The notes beneath the pieces are model-generated. The model was given only the letters and a program-made list of their open reading frames with translations. It did not search any database and had not been told where the DNA came from. Of a stretch of DNA of 64,000 nucleotides, positions 38,464 to 47,506 are shown piece by piece (within the stretch, counting starts at the first letter, position 1; every line of letters starts with the position of its first letter). The translations under genes and the position numbers were made by a program. Source of the DNA: Eggerthellaceae bacterium (lineage in GTDB: Bacteria > Fibrobacterota > Fibrobacteria > Fibrobacterales > Fibrobacteraceae); contig CAVBPX010000004.1 of assembly GCA_963597395.1 (NCBI GenBank), forward strand, positions 1,358 to 65,357. The letters are read 5' to 3'.

Positions 38464-39240
38464 ATGAAAACGGTTGTCGTCAAAATCGGCGGAAGCCTTG
38501 CCATTGACGAGGCAAAGCTTTTGGATTTTACCCGTTCGGTTGCCCGCCTGCCCGCGTTGGGCTACCGGGTCGCTGTCGTTCACGGCGGCGGCAAGGACAT
38601 TAACGAGAACATTGCGCTTCTCGCCGAGGAACCGCATTTTATCGAAGGCTTGCGCGTAACGACTCCGGGCATCATGAAGATGGTGGAAATGACCCTTTCC
38701 GGACACGTGAACAAGAAGCTCGTCCGGATGCTCGAAAACGAAGGCGCTTCGGCGGTCGGCATCTCGGGCGTCGATGGAAAACTTTTTGAAGCGGAAAAGC
38801 GAAAGGGAAAGGTCGATCTCGGGCAGGTCGGAAACATTTTTCGCGTAAATCCGAAAATCGTCGAAGACCTCTGGAATGCCGGCTGGATTCCCGTGATCAG
38901 TCCCGTTTCGATTGGGGATGGCGTCGCGTGGAACGTGAATGCGGATACGGCCGCGTCCGAACTTGCCGTTGCGCTCGGAGTCGATAAGTTTTTGCTCGTA
39001 AGCGATGTTCCGGGCGTTCTCGACAAGGAAAAAAGGCTCGTTTCGACTCTCGACGAGGCGAAGGTCGAGGAACTGATTTCCGACGGAACTATTAGCGGCG
39101 GCATGATTCCCAAGGTTCGCGAAAGCATCGGAGCCATCAAACGCGGCCTCGGCGAAATTCACATCCTCGGATGGAAAGATGCGGATTCCTTTGTAAAACA
39201 GATCAGCGGAGAAATCAATTATGGAACAATCCTCTCTTAA
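38464..39240 (+). CDS. argB: acetylglutamate kinase
   Basis: MKTVVVKIGGS..., VVHGGGKDI, ...NVNADTAASELA... About 258 aa from ATG 38464. The start is uncertain (TTG 38431 is the alternative). Confidence 0.9.
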   Translation: MKTVVVKIGGSLAIDEAKLLDFTRSVARLPALGYRVAVVHGGGKDINENIALLAEEPHFIEGLRVTTPGIMKMVEMTLSGHVNKKLVRMLENEGASAVGISGVDGKLFEAEKRKGKVDLGQVGNIFRVNPKIVEDLWNAGWIPVISPVSIGDGVAWNVNADTAASELAVALGVDKFLLVSDVPGVLDKEKRLVSTLDEAKVEELISDGTISGGMIPKVRESIGAIKRGLGEIHILGWKDADSFVKQISGEINYGTILS

Positions 39241-40429
39241 GAATCTTTTGAAGAAAGATGCGGCGGTGATTGCGCCGCTTTACGGAAAGCCCGATGTCGA
39301 TTTTGTCCGCGGACGAGGAAGCTATCTGTTTGACGCCGACGGAAAGGCGTATCTGGATTTTGTGGCGGGCATTGCCGTAAACGCTCTTGGACATCAAAAC
39401 GAGGGCATTTTGAACGCAATTCGCGAACAGTCGGAGCGGTTCGTCCATCTGAGCAATCTCTATCCGAACTTTCCGCAAATTCGCCTGGCCGAAAAGCTTT
39501 TGGAACTGACAAAATTTGACAAGGCCTTTTTCTGCAATTCGGGAACGGAAGCGAACGAAGGCTGCATCAAGTTTGCGCGTAAATATTTTTATCGCAAGGG
39601 CGAAACGAACCGTCAAAAGATTATCACGTTTGTGAACAGTTTTCACGGTCGGACGTTTGCTGCGCTTTCCGCAACGGGACAGCCTGCCATCCGGGAAGGC
39701 TTTGGCGATATGCCGGGCGACTTTGTGCACGTTCCATGGAACGACGTCAAGGCCCTGACCGCCGAAGTCGATGAAAACACGTGCGCCATTATGCTCGAAT
39801 CCCTCGCCGCCGAAGGCGGCGTGATGACCCTTTCTTCCGAGATGGTCGAAGCGATTCACGCATTGCGCGAAAAGTTCGGATGCCTTGTGATTGTCGATGA
39901 GGTGCAGGCCGGCATGGGACGTCTCGGAACGTTCCTCGGAAGTGAAAAGTGCGGACTTCGCCCCGACCTGGTTTCGCTTGCAAAGGCTCTCGGCGCGGGC
40001 CTTCCCCTCGGCGCGGTTCTTCTCCGTCAAAAAATTGCCGACGAGCTCCGCCCGGGCGATCACGGCACCACGTTCGGCGGAAATCCCGTCGCCTGTGCAG
40101 CGGGTCTCTCGGTCGTAAACCAGATTTCCGCTCCGGGATTTTTGGAAAACGTGAAGAAACGTTCCGAACAGTTAAAGGCCGGTCTCGAAAAGCTTGTCGA
40201 ACGCTTTGACTTTCTCGGAAGCATCCGCGGCTCGGGCCTTTTGCTCGGAATTCCGATGGACGCGTCAAAGCCCGTGAACGACCTGATTTCCGCGGCCCGG
40301 TCCGAAGGACTGCTCGTCCTGAGCGCCAAGGGAAACGTCGTCCGGCTGCTTCCTCCGTTAAACGTGAGCGAAGCGGAGTGTGCGGAAGCCCTTCAAAAGC
40401 TCGAAAGGGCGTTCGAAAAGATCGCCTGA
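39221..40429 (+). CDS. argD: acetylornithine aminotransferase
   Basis: 402 aa; class III aminotransferase motifs CNSGTEANEGCIKFAR, VIVDEVQAGMGRLG, and the PLP lysine in SLAKALG. Confidence 0.92.
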   Translation: MEQSSLKNLLKKDAAVIAPLYGKPDVDFVRGRGSYLFDADGKAYLDFVAGIAVNALGHQNEGILNAIREQSERFVHLSNLYPNFPQIRLAEKLLELTKFDKAFFCNSGTEANEGCIKFARKYFYRKGETNRQKIITFVNSFHGRTFAALSATGQPAIREGFGDMPGDFVHVPWNDVKALTAEVDENTCAIMLESLAAEGGVMTLSSEMVEAIHALREKFGCLVIVDEVQAGMGRLGTFLGSEKCGLRPDLVSLAKALGAGLPLGAVLLRQKIADELRPGDHGTTFGGNPVACAAGLSVVNQISAPGFLENVKKRSEQLKAGLEKLVERFDFLGSIRGSGLLLGIPMDASKPVNDLISAARSEGLLVLSAKGNVVRLLPPLNVSEAECAEALQKLERAFEKIA

Positions 40430-40445
40430 TGGGCGCGAAAGCCTT

Positions 40446-41501
40446 TTAGGGCTTTACGGCGCTCCCGTTCAGTTTGTAGTAGCGGACGGCTTTCCCCTTG
40501 AGGGAGGGCGTCCGCTTTATTTTTTTGATGCTTGCGGGTTCCGGGGAATTCCATTTCTTGAGGGAGTCCAGTCCCGCGTTTCCCAAAACGGCGAGGTCGT
40601 AGCCGATGACCTTTACGGCTCCTGCCGCCTTGGCCGTATCCGCCTGGGCTTTTAACCTGTCCGAACTTTCGAGCGCATGGTTGTCGCTCACCTTGAAAAG
40701 TTCCTCATCGACCCAAAATTCCACGCCGTAGAGGTCGCATGCGGATTTTACCGCCCGCTCGTAATTTCCGACGTTTGAAATGTCCGCATGGGTGTTTCCG
40801 TTGTCGTTTGCACCGATGCCGTCCTGCACCGCGACCACATCGGGCTTAAATCCCGCTTCAAAAAGGGACTTGAAAAATCCGCTCAGCTTTTCGGGCGTTT
40901 CGAGATTCTGGTTGTAGAACGGAGCGACCATCACCTTCCAGCCCTTGGACTGCGCATGCTTTGTAATCGGGGTCAAAAAGTGCGAGGCGAGACCTTCGAT
41001 GGTCGCATAGCTCTGAAGCCCGTCCCAATAATACCTGGCAATTTCCTGCGGAATATAGACGCCCTGAATGACGGTTTCTGTTCCGTACAAATTAAACAGT
41101 TCGTCCAGAACCTTGATGTTCCGCTCGGCAAGCGTGTCGAGTTCCGTAACGGTCGGCGGAGTGTACCAGTTTTCGCCGTTGTAGTAGAGCCCGAGCCACA
41201 GCGTCGTTCCCGCTTCCTTTGCGGCCTGGATGCTCTTCGGGAAAAGCTGGTTGTTTTTGTATTGGGTGTTTTGCAAAAAATCCAGGTCGGACGGGTAGTA
41301 AAGATGCGTCTTTTCGACGGCCGCATATTGCAGGACGACTTCCGTCATGCCGAGGTCTTGCAAGCGCTTGTGCATGTTGGTGATGGAATCCTGCGTCTGG
41401 TAGGCCGTAGTCCACCCGGCGTCAAAAACACCGTCAAGTCCGCCGGCCCAGAGGGTCGCCGCGGAGAATGCGGAAAGAAGAAGCGTTTTGAAAAGTCTCA
41501 T
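40446..41501 (-). CDS. secreted DUF4434-like (TIM-barrel glycoside-hydrolase-like) protein with short basic C-terminal tail
   Basis: ATG 41501 gives the signal peptide MRLFKTLLLSAFSAATLWA. The body is ...MTEVVLQYAAVEKTHLYYPS...WLGLYYNGENWY... The tail is KKIKRTPSLKGKAVRYYKLNGSAVKP. Family call is tentative. Confidence 0.5.
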   Translation of the reverse strand: MRLFKTLLLSAFSAATLWAGGLDGVFDAGWTTAYQTQDSITNMHKRLQDLGMTEVVLQYAAVEKTHLYYPSDLDFLQNTQYKNNQLFPKSIQAAKEAGTTLWLGLYYNGENWYTPPTVTELDTLAERNIKVLDELFNLYGTETVIQGVYIPQEIARYYWDGLQSYATIEGLASHFLTPITKHAQSKGWKVMVAPFYNQNLETPEKLSGFFKSLFEAGFKPDVVAVQDGIGANDNGNTHADISNVGNYERAVKSACDLYGVEFWVDEELFKVSDNHALESSDRLKAQADTAKAAGAVKVIGYDLAVLGNAGLDSLKKWNSPEPASIKKIKRTPSLKGKAVRYYKLNGSAVKP

Positions 41502-41598
41502 ACCATTGAATATAAGGTTTTTTCTTCCCAAAAAATCGCCAGGATTCCGCTTTGCACGCGATTTTTCACAAATGCCTTTTTCTTCAGGCCGAATTTTA

Positions 41599-41606
41599 TA
41601 TTTTTG
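41599..41606 (+). promoter_or_regulatory. candidate TAnnTTTG -7 promoter box upstream of glmM-glmS
   Basis: TATTTTTG followed by AAAG, 65 nt upstream of the glmM ATG, in the divergent intergenic region. Confidence 0.35.
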
Positions 41607-41614
41607 AAAGAAAT

Positions 41615-41651
41615 GGGAACCTCTAAAAATTGCTTTGGTTTAGCGGTGACC
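41615..41651 (+). repeat. dispersed intergenic element, copy A (GGGAACC...TTTAGCGGTGACC)
   Basis: The first 25 nt (GGGAACCTCTAAAAATTGCTTTGGT) are identical to the reverse complement of 55297-55321. The 3' box TTTAGCGGTGACC recurs at 46092-46104 and, reverse-complemented, at 55251-55263. Confidence 0.7.
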
Positions 41652-41671
41652 AAAAATCAAAAGGTTTGATA

Positions 41672-43015
41672 ATGTCTGTTTTAATGCGTTCTGTTTCGGG
41701 AATCCGCGGAATTGTCGGGGATACCCTGACCCCGCAGGTTCTGGTAAACCATGTGAAGGCTTTTTTGGAAGTGACCGGTGCGCGGAAGGTTGTCATTGGA
41801 CGCGACAGCCGTCCGACGGGGGAGGCCATTGTCTCGTTTGTCTCGGGCCTTTGCCGTCTTGCCGGTGCCGATGTAATTGACGTCGGCTTGGCGACGACCC
41901 CGAGCGTCGAACTTTTTGTGACAAGGCTTCACGCCGATGCCGGTATCATCATTACGGCAAGCCACAATCCGCTGGAGTGGAACGCTCTCAAGTTTTTGGA
42001 CCAGAAGGGCATTTTCCTCGGCCCGGACGAGGTCAAGGAACTCTTTGCCCTGGCGGATTCCGAAAAGTTCGTTTACCCGGACTACCGCCAGATGGGAAGC
42101 TTTGAACGACTCCCGGATGCGGATGCGTTCCACATCGACGATACGCTCGCCATTCCCTTTATAGACGTGGAAGCCATTCGAAAAAAGAAGTTCCGGGTGG
42201 CGGTCGATGCCGTGAACGGCGCAGGCTCCTACATTGTGCCGCGGCTTCTCGAAAAGCTCGGTTGCGAAGTCTTTCGCGTGAACTGCACTCCGGACGGAAC
42301 GTTTCCGCGCGGGCCCGAGCCGATTCCTTCGAACCTCGGCGACCTCGGGAAAACGGTTCGCGAAAACGGATGTGCCGTGGGCTTTGCCGTCGATCCCGAT
42401 GCGGATCGGTGTGCGCTGGTGGATGGCGCGGGGAACGCAATCGGTGAGGAATATACGCTTGCCATTGCGACGGATGCGGTTCTTTCCAAAAAGAAAGGCC
42501 CGGTTTGCGTCAACCTTTCGACGTCCCGGATGAGCGCCGATGTCGCCGAAAGTTTTGGCGTGGGATTTTCCCGCGCAAAAGTGGGCGAGGTGAACGTGAG
42601 CCTCCAAATGATGAAGGAAGGCTGTATCGTCGGCGGGGAAGGGAACGGCGGCGTGATTTTGCCCGCGGTGCATTACGGTCGCGATTCGCTCGTGTCGGCA
42701 GCCCTTGTGCTCGCCTGGATGGCGGAGCATGACGGCGGTCCCGAAAAATTCAAGGCGGAGCATCCGAGTTACGCGATGCCCAAAAAGAAGTTTCCGCTCG
42801 GCGAAAAACCCGTGAAAAAGGTCTTTGAAGAAGTGGCGAAGGAATTTTCGGGTTGGGAAACGGATACGCGCGACGGCCTTTGGCTCGGGAAGGGCAAAAG
42901 CTTTGTCCATGTCCGCGCGTCCAATACGGAACCCGTCATTCGTGTGATTTCCGAGGCTCCGACCGAGGCGGAAGCCGAAGAACTCTGTCAAAAAGTGGAA
43001 TCAAAAATTCATTAG
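41672..43015 (+). CDS. glmM: phosphoglucosamine mutase-like alpha-D-phosphohexomutase
   Basis: ATG 41672 (MSVLMRSVSGIRGIVG...). Active-site serine motif ITASHNP, Mg site FAVDPDADR. Immediately upstream of glmS. Confidence 0.75.
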   Translation: MSVLMRSVSGIRGIVGDTLTPQVLVNHVKAFLEVTGARKVVIGRDSRPTGEAIVSFVSGLCRLAGADVIDVGLATTPSVELFVTRLHADAGIIITASHNPLEWNALKFLDQKGIFLGPDEVKELFALADSEKFVYPDYRQMGSFERLPDADAFHIDDTLAIPFIDVEAIRKKKFRVAVDAVNGAGSYIVPRLLEKLGCEVFRVNCTPDGTFPRGPEPIPSNLGDLGKTVRENGCAVGFAVDPDADRCALVDGAGNAIGEEYTLAIATDAVLSKKKGPVCVNLSTSRMSADVAESFGVGFSRAKVGEVNVSLQMMKEGCIVGGEGNGGVILPAVHYGRDSLVSAALVLAWMAEHDGGPEKFKAEHPSYAMPKKKFPLGEKPVKKVFEEVAKEFSGWETDTRDGLWLGKGKSFVHVRASNTEPVIRVISEAPTEAEAEELCQKVESKIH

Positions 43016-43026
43016 GGGTTTTGGAT

Positions 43027-44859
43027 ATGTGCGGAATTGTCGGCTACATAGGAAACCGCGACGCTTCGAGCGTCCTTCTTTCCGGCCTAAAGCGTTTGGA
43101 ATACCGCGGGTATGATTCTTCCGGAATCGCCGTGGCGCATCCCGACGGAACGCTCGAAATGGAAAAGGCGACCGGGAAAATCGCTTCGCTCGAAAAGAAG
43201 CTCGGGGAGCATCCGCTCCGCTCAAACATCGGCATTGCCCATACGCGGTGGGCGACGCACGGAGCTCCGACCGAAAACAATGCGCACCCCCAGGTGAGTT
43301 TTGACGGAAAGATTATGGTGGTGCACAACGGCATCATCGAAAATTACGTTCAAATCAAGAAGAAACTGGAAGCGGACGGTGTCAAGTTCAAGTCCGAGAC
43401 CGATACGGAAGTCGTGGCGCATCTCATTGCAAAGCTTTACCGCGGCGACATCAAGTCCGCGGTCCTTGCGGCGCTGAACAGGCTCGAAGGAACCTTTGGG
43501 CTCGCGGTCCTTGCTGCCGACGAACCCGAAGTGCTGATCGGTGCGCGCCGCGGAAGCCCGCTTGTCCTCGGAATCGGCGAAGCCGGCGAATATTTTTTGG
43601 CAAGCGATGTGACGGCCATTGTCGATTATACGCAAAAGGTCGTCTATCTCGACGATGACGATGTGGTAATCGCAAAGCGGAGAGGCTACGAGATTGTGAC
43701 CGTTTCGAGCCACACGGTCAACAGGAACGTCGAGGAAATCGAGTTTGACGCCGATGCGGCGAGCAAGGGCGGCTTCGAGCACTTTATGCTCAAGGAAATT
43801 TTTGAACAGCCGGAAGCGCTTCGCAACACGATGCGCGGAAGGCTCCTCCTTGCCGATGGCTCTGCAAAGCTTGCCGGGCTTGACGCGAACCGCATAGAAC
43901 TCCGCAATCTGAACCGCATCATCATCACGGCGTGCGGCACGAGCTATTACGCGGGAATGGTCGGGGAGTATCTCATCGAAGACCTTGCGGGCGTTCCCGT
44001 CGAGGTCGAATACGCCTCGGAATTCCGCTACCGGAACCCGATTATCAAACCGGGAACTCTCGTCCTTGTCATCTCGCAGTCCGGTGAAACTGCCGACACG
44101 CTTGCCGCCTTGCGCGAAGCGAAAACCAAAGGGGCAACGGTTCTCGGAATTTGCAACGCGGTCGGCTCCACGATTGCCCGCGAGAGCGACGGCGGCGTCT
44201 ATTTGCACGCAGGCCCCGAAATAGGCGTTGCGAGCACCAAGGCGTTTACGTCCCAGGTGACGGTTCTCGCGATGATCGCTCTTTTGCTCGGGCGCGAAAG
44301 GCGCGTCTCCGCGGAGCAGGGCATCGACATCGCCCGAGCGCTCTTGAACATTCCGAACTATGTCGAGGAAACCTTAAAGCTCTCTCCGAAAATTCGCGAA
44401 GTGGCAAAAAAATACATCGGAGCGAACAACTTCCTTTACCTCGGGCGCCATTACAACTATCCCGTCGCCATGGAAGGCGCTTTAAAGCTCAAGGAAATCA
44501 GCTACATCCACGCGGAAGGTTACCCCGCCGCCGAAATGAAGCACGGGCCGATTGCCCTCATCGACGAAAACATGCCGGTGGTCGTCATCGCACCCAAAGA
44601 CAGCCTTTTTGACAAGGTCCTTTCCAATGTCCGCGAAATCAAGGCCCGCGGCGGCCGCATCATTGCGATTACGACCGAGGACTCGCCGGAACTTTCCGAA
44701 TTCGCGGACGACATCATCATAGTGCCGAAGGTTTCCCAAATGCTAATGCCGCTCGTCACCTGCGTACCGCTTCAGCTTTTGGCCTACCACATTGCGGTTC
44801 TCCGCGGAAACGACGTCGATCAGCCGCGAAACCTTGCAAAAAGCGTGACCGTGGAATAA
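43027..44859 (+). CDS. glmS: glutamine--fructose-6-phosphate aminotransferase
   Basis: True start MCGIVGYIG at 43027 (the ORF track extends to 42853). Two SIS domains, C-terminal ...DVDQPRNLAKSVTVE. 610 aa. Confidence 0.97.
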   Translation: MCGIVGYIGNRDASSVLLSGLKRLEYRGYDSSGIAVAHPDGTLEMEKATGKIASLEKKLGEHPLRSNIGIAHTRWATHGAPTENNAHPQVSFDGKIMVVHNGIIENYVQIKKKLEADGVKFKSETDTEVVAHLIAKLYRGDIKSAVLAALNRLEGTFGLAVLAADEPEVLIGARRGSPLVLGIGEAGEYFLASDVTAIVDYTQKVVYLDDDDVVIAKRRGYEIVTVSSHTVNRNVEEIEFDADAASKGGFEHFMLKEIFEQPEALRNTMRGRLLLADGSAKLAGLDANRIELRNLNRIIITACGTSYYAGMVGEYLIEDLAGVPVEVEYASEFRYRNPIIKPGTLVLVISQSGETADTLAALREAKTKGATVLGICNAVGSTIARESDGGVYLHAGPEIGVASTKAFTSQVTVLAMIALLLGRERRVSAEQGIDIARALLNIPNYVEETLKLSPKIREVAKKYIGANNFLYLGRHYNYPVAMEGALKLKEISYIHAEGYPAAEMKHGPIALIDENMPVVVIAPKDSLFDKVLSNVREIKARGGRIIAITTEDSPELSEFADDIIIVPKVSQMLMPLVTCVPLQLLAYHIAVLRGNDVDQPRNLAKSVTVE

Positions 44860-44865
44860 GTTCCG

Positions 44866-46083
44866 ATGCACGAAGTTCCGGAATCCTACGAAGTCCATAT
44901 TCGCGCCTTTGAAGGCCCGATGGACCTTTTGCTTTACCTTGTGCAGCAAAGCGAAGTCAAGGTAACGGACATTTCGATTGCCGAAATCACGGACCAGTAT
45001 CTCGAATGGATAAAGGATCTATCGCGGGCCGATCTTTCGCAGGCCGGAGACTTTTTGTTTATGGCGAGCCGCCTCATGGCGATGAAGGTGCGGGAGCTTC
45101 TCCCCAAGGACCAGCGCACGGCCGAGGACGAGGAACAGATTGACTTCTCGCGTGACGAACTCATCCGCCAGATGCTCGAATACCAGCGCTACAAGCAGGT
45201 TGCGAAAGAAATGCAGGAACTCGAAGCGAAAAACTTCGGAACCTCCTACCGGGGCCGTCTTGAAAAAACGGAAAGCGAAGAGGATACGCTCGCCGATGCA
45301 AACATCTGGCAGCTTTTCCGCGCCTACCAAAAGATGCTCAAGACGCACAGCCACGACAACGTTCACCACATCGAACTGGACGATGTGACAATCGAGGACC
45401 GGCAGCAATACATTTCGAACACGCTCCGCAAGGAAGGCCGCGTCCTCTTCGAGGACCTTCTCGGGCGCGATCCGCTGCCGATCGTTACCGTGGTGACGTT
45501 CATGGCGCTCATGGAAATGATCAAGACGGACGAGGTCGTCTTTCGGCAAAGCGAGCTTTTCGGAGCCATCTGGATTTACCGCAAAAAGGACAATCCGGAA
45601 TTTGCCGAGGAAATGGCAAACGAAACGCGCCTCTACGAACCGGAGCACGAATATAGGCAGGGGCTTGTCGAGCGCCTTCGCGAAAGGGAATCCCTCCGCG
45701 GGGACGAAAGCGAAAATGCAACATCTTCCGCCGACGGGAGCGGCGCTGCCGTTCTCGACCAGACGCTTCGCATGGTATCGCTTCTCGTGTCAAAGGACAA
45801 ACTTGTCCGTGACGAGGACGTGAACGCCATTCTCTCGGGAGAAAGGGATATTAGAACGCTCGAATCGGAACTGGAAAATGCCGAAGAATCGGCCGAAAGC
45901 CTCGATGCCGAAAACGCCGAGGAAGCGGCGCGGCAGGTCGAAAATGCGGAAATTTCCGCAAGCCTCGAGGATGCGTTCAAGGAAGCTCCCGTGCCCGCAC
46001 CCGAACCGAATGAAAAGTTGGATGAAGACGCTTCGGAAAATTCCGCAGAACCGAATGAAGGTCCGTTCGCGGACGAAAATTAG
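44866..46083 (+). CDS. scpA: segregation and condensation protein A with ~150-aa acidic C-terminal extension
   Basis: N-terminal ~250 aa: ...FEGPMDLLLYLVQQSEVKVTDISIAEITDQYLEWI... The C-terminus is rich in E/D/A/S (ENAEESAESLDAENAEEAARQVENAE...). Confidence 0.85.
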   Translation: MHEVPESYEVHIRAFEGPMDLLLYLVQQSEVKVTDISIAEITDQYLEWIKDLSRADLSQAGDFLFMASRLMAMKVRELLPKDQRTAEDEEQIDFSRDELIRQMLEYQRYKQVAKEMQELEAKNFGTSYRGRLEKTESEEDTLADANIWQLFRAYQKMLKTHSHDNVHHIELDDVTIEDRQQYISNTLRKEGRVLFEDLLGRDPLPIVTVVTFMALMEMIKTDEVVFRQSELFGAIWIYRKKDNPEFAEEMANETRLYEPEHEYRQGLVERLRERESLRGDESENATSSADGSGAAVLDQTLRMVSLLVSKDKLVRDEDVNAILSGERDIRTLESELENAEESAESLDAENAEEAARQVENAEISASLEDAFKEAPVPAPEPNEKLDEDASENSAEPNEGPFADEN

Positions 46084-46104
46084 GGAACCTTTTTAGAGGT
46101 GACC
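46083..46104 (+). repeat. dispersed intergenic element, minimal copy C (GGGAACC-TT-TTTAGAGGTGACC)
   Basis: 22 nt spanning essentially the whole spacer between the scpA stop (its G is shared) and the convergent gene's stop at 46106. Same 5' and 3' boxes as copies A and B. Confidence 0.6.
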
Positions 46105-46105
46105 G

Positions 46106-46384
46106 TTAATCCCACTGGATTTTGGGAGGCTCTTTTAAATTCGGGTTGTTTTTGGCGGCCTCGAACTTTTTTTCAATTTCCGAGAGACGGTTCTTTTCGC
46201 GTTCGCGGGCTTCCGCAAATTTTTTGTCCAGATCGGCCGATCGCGTTTTTTCGCTTTTGAGAAAATCTTCCAGGGACTTTTTTTCCTTTTGAAATTCCCT
46301 GTGTTCCAAAACCTTTCCCGTGTCCCTGTCCACAATCAGAAGGCCGTGGCACAGCGGGCATTCGACTTCGAGCTTTTGCGGCAT
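46106..46384 (-). CDS. hypothetical 92-aa protein: N-terminal CxxC-H knuckle plus charged coiled-coil
   Basis: MPQKLEVECPLCHGLLIVDRDTGKV... then K/E-rich helix. The ATG shares its A with the TGA of the upstream peptidase gene (TGATG), implying translational coupling. Confidence 0.55.
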   Translation of the reverse strand: MPQKLEVECPLCHGLLIVDRDTGKVLEHREFQKEKKSLEDFLKSEKTRSADLDKKFAEAREREKNRLSEIEKKFEAAKNNPNLKEPPKIQWD

Positions 46385-47100
46385 CACTTGTTCCTCCGTC
46401 CGAGAAGTCCGGCGCGGAGCGCCCAATACAGAAGCTGCATAATGGAGCTGATGGCCGCCGCGACGTAGGTGAGTCCCGCTGCAAAAAGGACGCCCGCTAC
46501 GACGTTGCGTTCACGCCCCGGAGCGAGAATGTTCAGGCGGGCAAGGCACTTCTTGGCGCGGGAGGAGGCGTCAAACTCCACGGGAACCGTGACGAGCGTA
46601 AAGAGGGTCGCTATGCCAAAAAGGACAACGCCCGCAATGGCGACGTTCTGCCCGAGCGTCATGCGCCCGAGGGACATGAGGAGAATGCCGATGATGACAA
46701 TCCACGGACCGAGCGTTGAACCGAGATTTGCCGCGGGGACAATCATGGACCTCACCCACATCGGAAAGTAGTTTTGGGCATGCTGGATGGCGTGGCCGAC
46801 TTCGTGTGCGGCGACCCCGGCGGAACTTGCGCTGCGCCCGTGATAGACAGCGTCCGAAAGGTTGAGCGTCTTGTCCATCGGATTGTAGTAGTCCGAAAGG
46901 AAACCTTGCGTCGTCCGAATGCGCACGTCATAGATTCCGGCATCGGCGAGAATCGCCTGGGCCACTTCGGCTCCCGTGAGCCCACTTTGAATTTGGACTT
47001 TCTGCCCGGCCTTGAACCGCGACTTGACAAGCGCCGAAACCGCGCCCGAGATAAGCAGCGTGACAAGCAGAATTCCCGTATAGAGAGGGTCGAACATCAT
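46384..47100 (-). CDS. YugP-like membrane zinc metallopeptidase (Zn_peptidase_2 family)
   Basis: 238 aa; N-terminal TM, ...YNPMDKTLNLS..., intact HEVGHAIQH, C-terminal TM helices. Confidence 0.8.
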   Translation of the reverse strand: MMFDPLYTGILLVTLLISGAVSALVKSRFKAGQKVQIQSGLTGAEVAQAILADAGIYDVRIRTTQGFLSDYYNPMDKTLNLSDAVYHGRSASSAGVAAHEVGHAIQHAQNYFPMWVRSMIVPAANLGSTLGPWIVIIGILLMSLGRMTLGQNVAIAGVVLFGIATLFTLVTVPVEFDASSRAKKCLARLNILAPGRERNVVAGVLFAAGLTYVAAAISSIMQLLYWALRAGLLGRRNK

Positions 47101-47175
47101 AGGTCAAATCTCCTTGATTCGCCCACAAATTACACAAATTGCAAAGGGAAAAGAAAAACTTTCCTCCCGAAATGC

Positions 47176-47472
47176 CTATTTTTCGTTCCAGAAGGGCTTT
47201 TTTTCGGCCGCCATGTGCGCCGGGAACTTTTCATCCTCGCGGAGGCTCGCATCCAGGGCGTGTCCGAGGTCGGAAAACGTCTTTTCGAGCGGAAGCAAAA
47301 GTTGCAGAACGGAATCGAGCCGCGGAAGCTGTTTGCAGGATTCCAGCCGGGAAATGTATTGCCGGGAAAGTCCGCTGAGCGTTGCAAGCCGCTCCTGGCT
47401 CAAATTTTTTTCGATGCGCCATTCGATGAGCGCTTTGCTCAGGGCGTATTGGACTTTCTTTGTCTGGAACAT
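47176..47472 (-). CDS. XRE-family helix-turn-helix transcriptional regulator
   Basis: 98 aa; IEWRIEKNLSQERLATLSGLSRQYISRLESCKQLP is a canonical HTH_3 segment. Confidence 0.85.
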   Translation of the reverse strand: MFQTKKVQYALSKALIEWRIEKNLSQERLATLSGLSRQYISRLESCKQLPRLDSVLQLLLPLEKTFSDLGHALDASLREDEKFPAHMAAEKKPFWNEK

Positions 47473-47506
47473 AAATTAAATGGTATCAAAAGTCCGCCTG
47501 ATTTCC

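Noticed and set aside
40430-40460. Small AAAGCC-TTTTA-GGCTTT hairpin between convergent argD and the DUF4434-like gene, considered as a bidirectional terminator.
   Set aside because: The stem is only 6 bp, it overlaps the stop codon of the minus-strand gene, and it lacks clear T-runs. This is too weak to call.
43016-43026. Looked for a glmS ribozyme/riboswitch upstream of glmS.
   Set aside because: Only 11 nt separate glmM from glmS, leaving no room for a structured leader. The region upstream of glmM shows only the repeat element and a promoter-like box.
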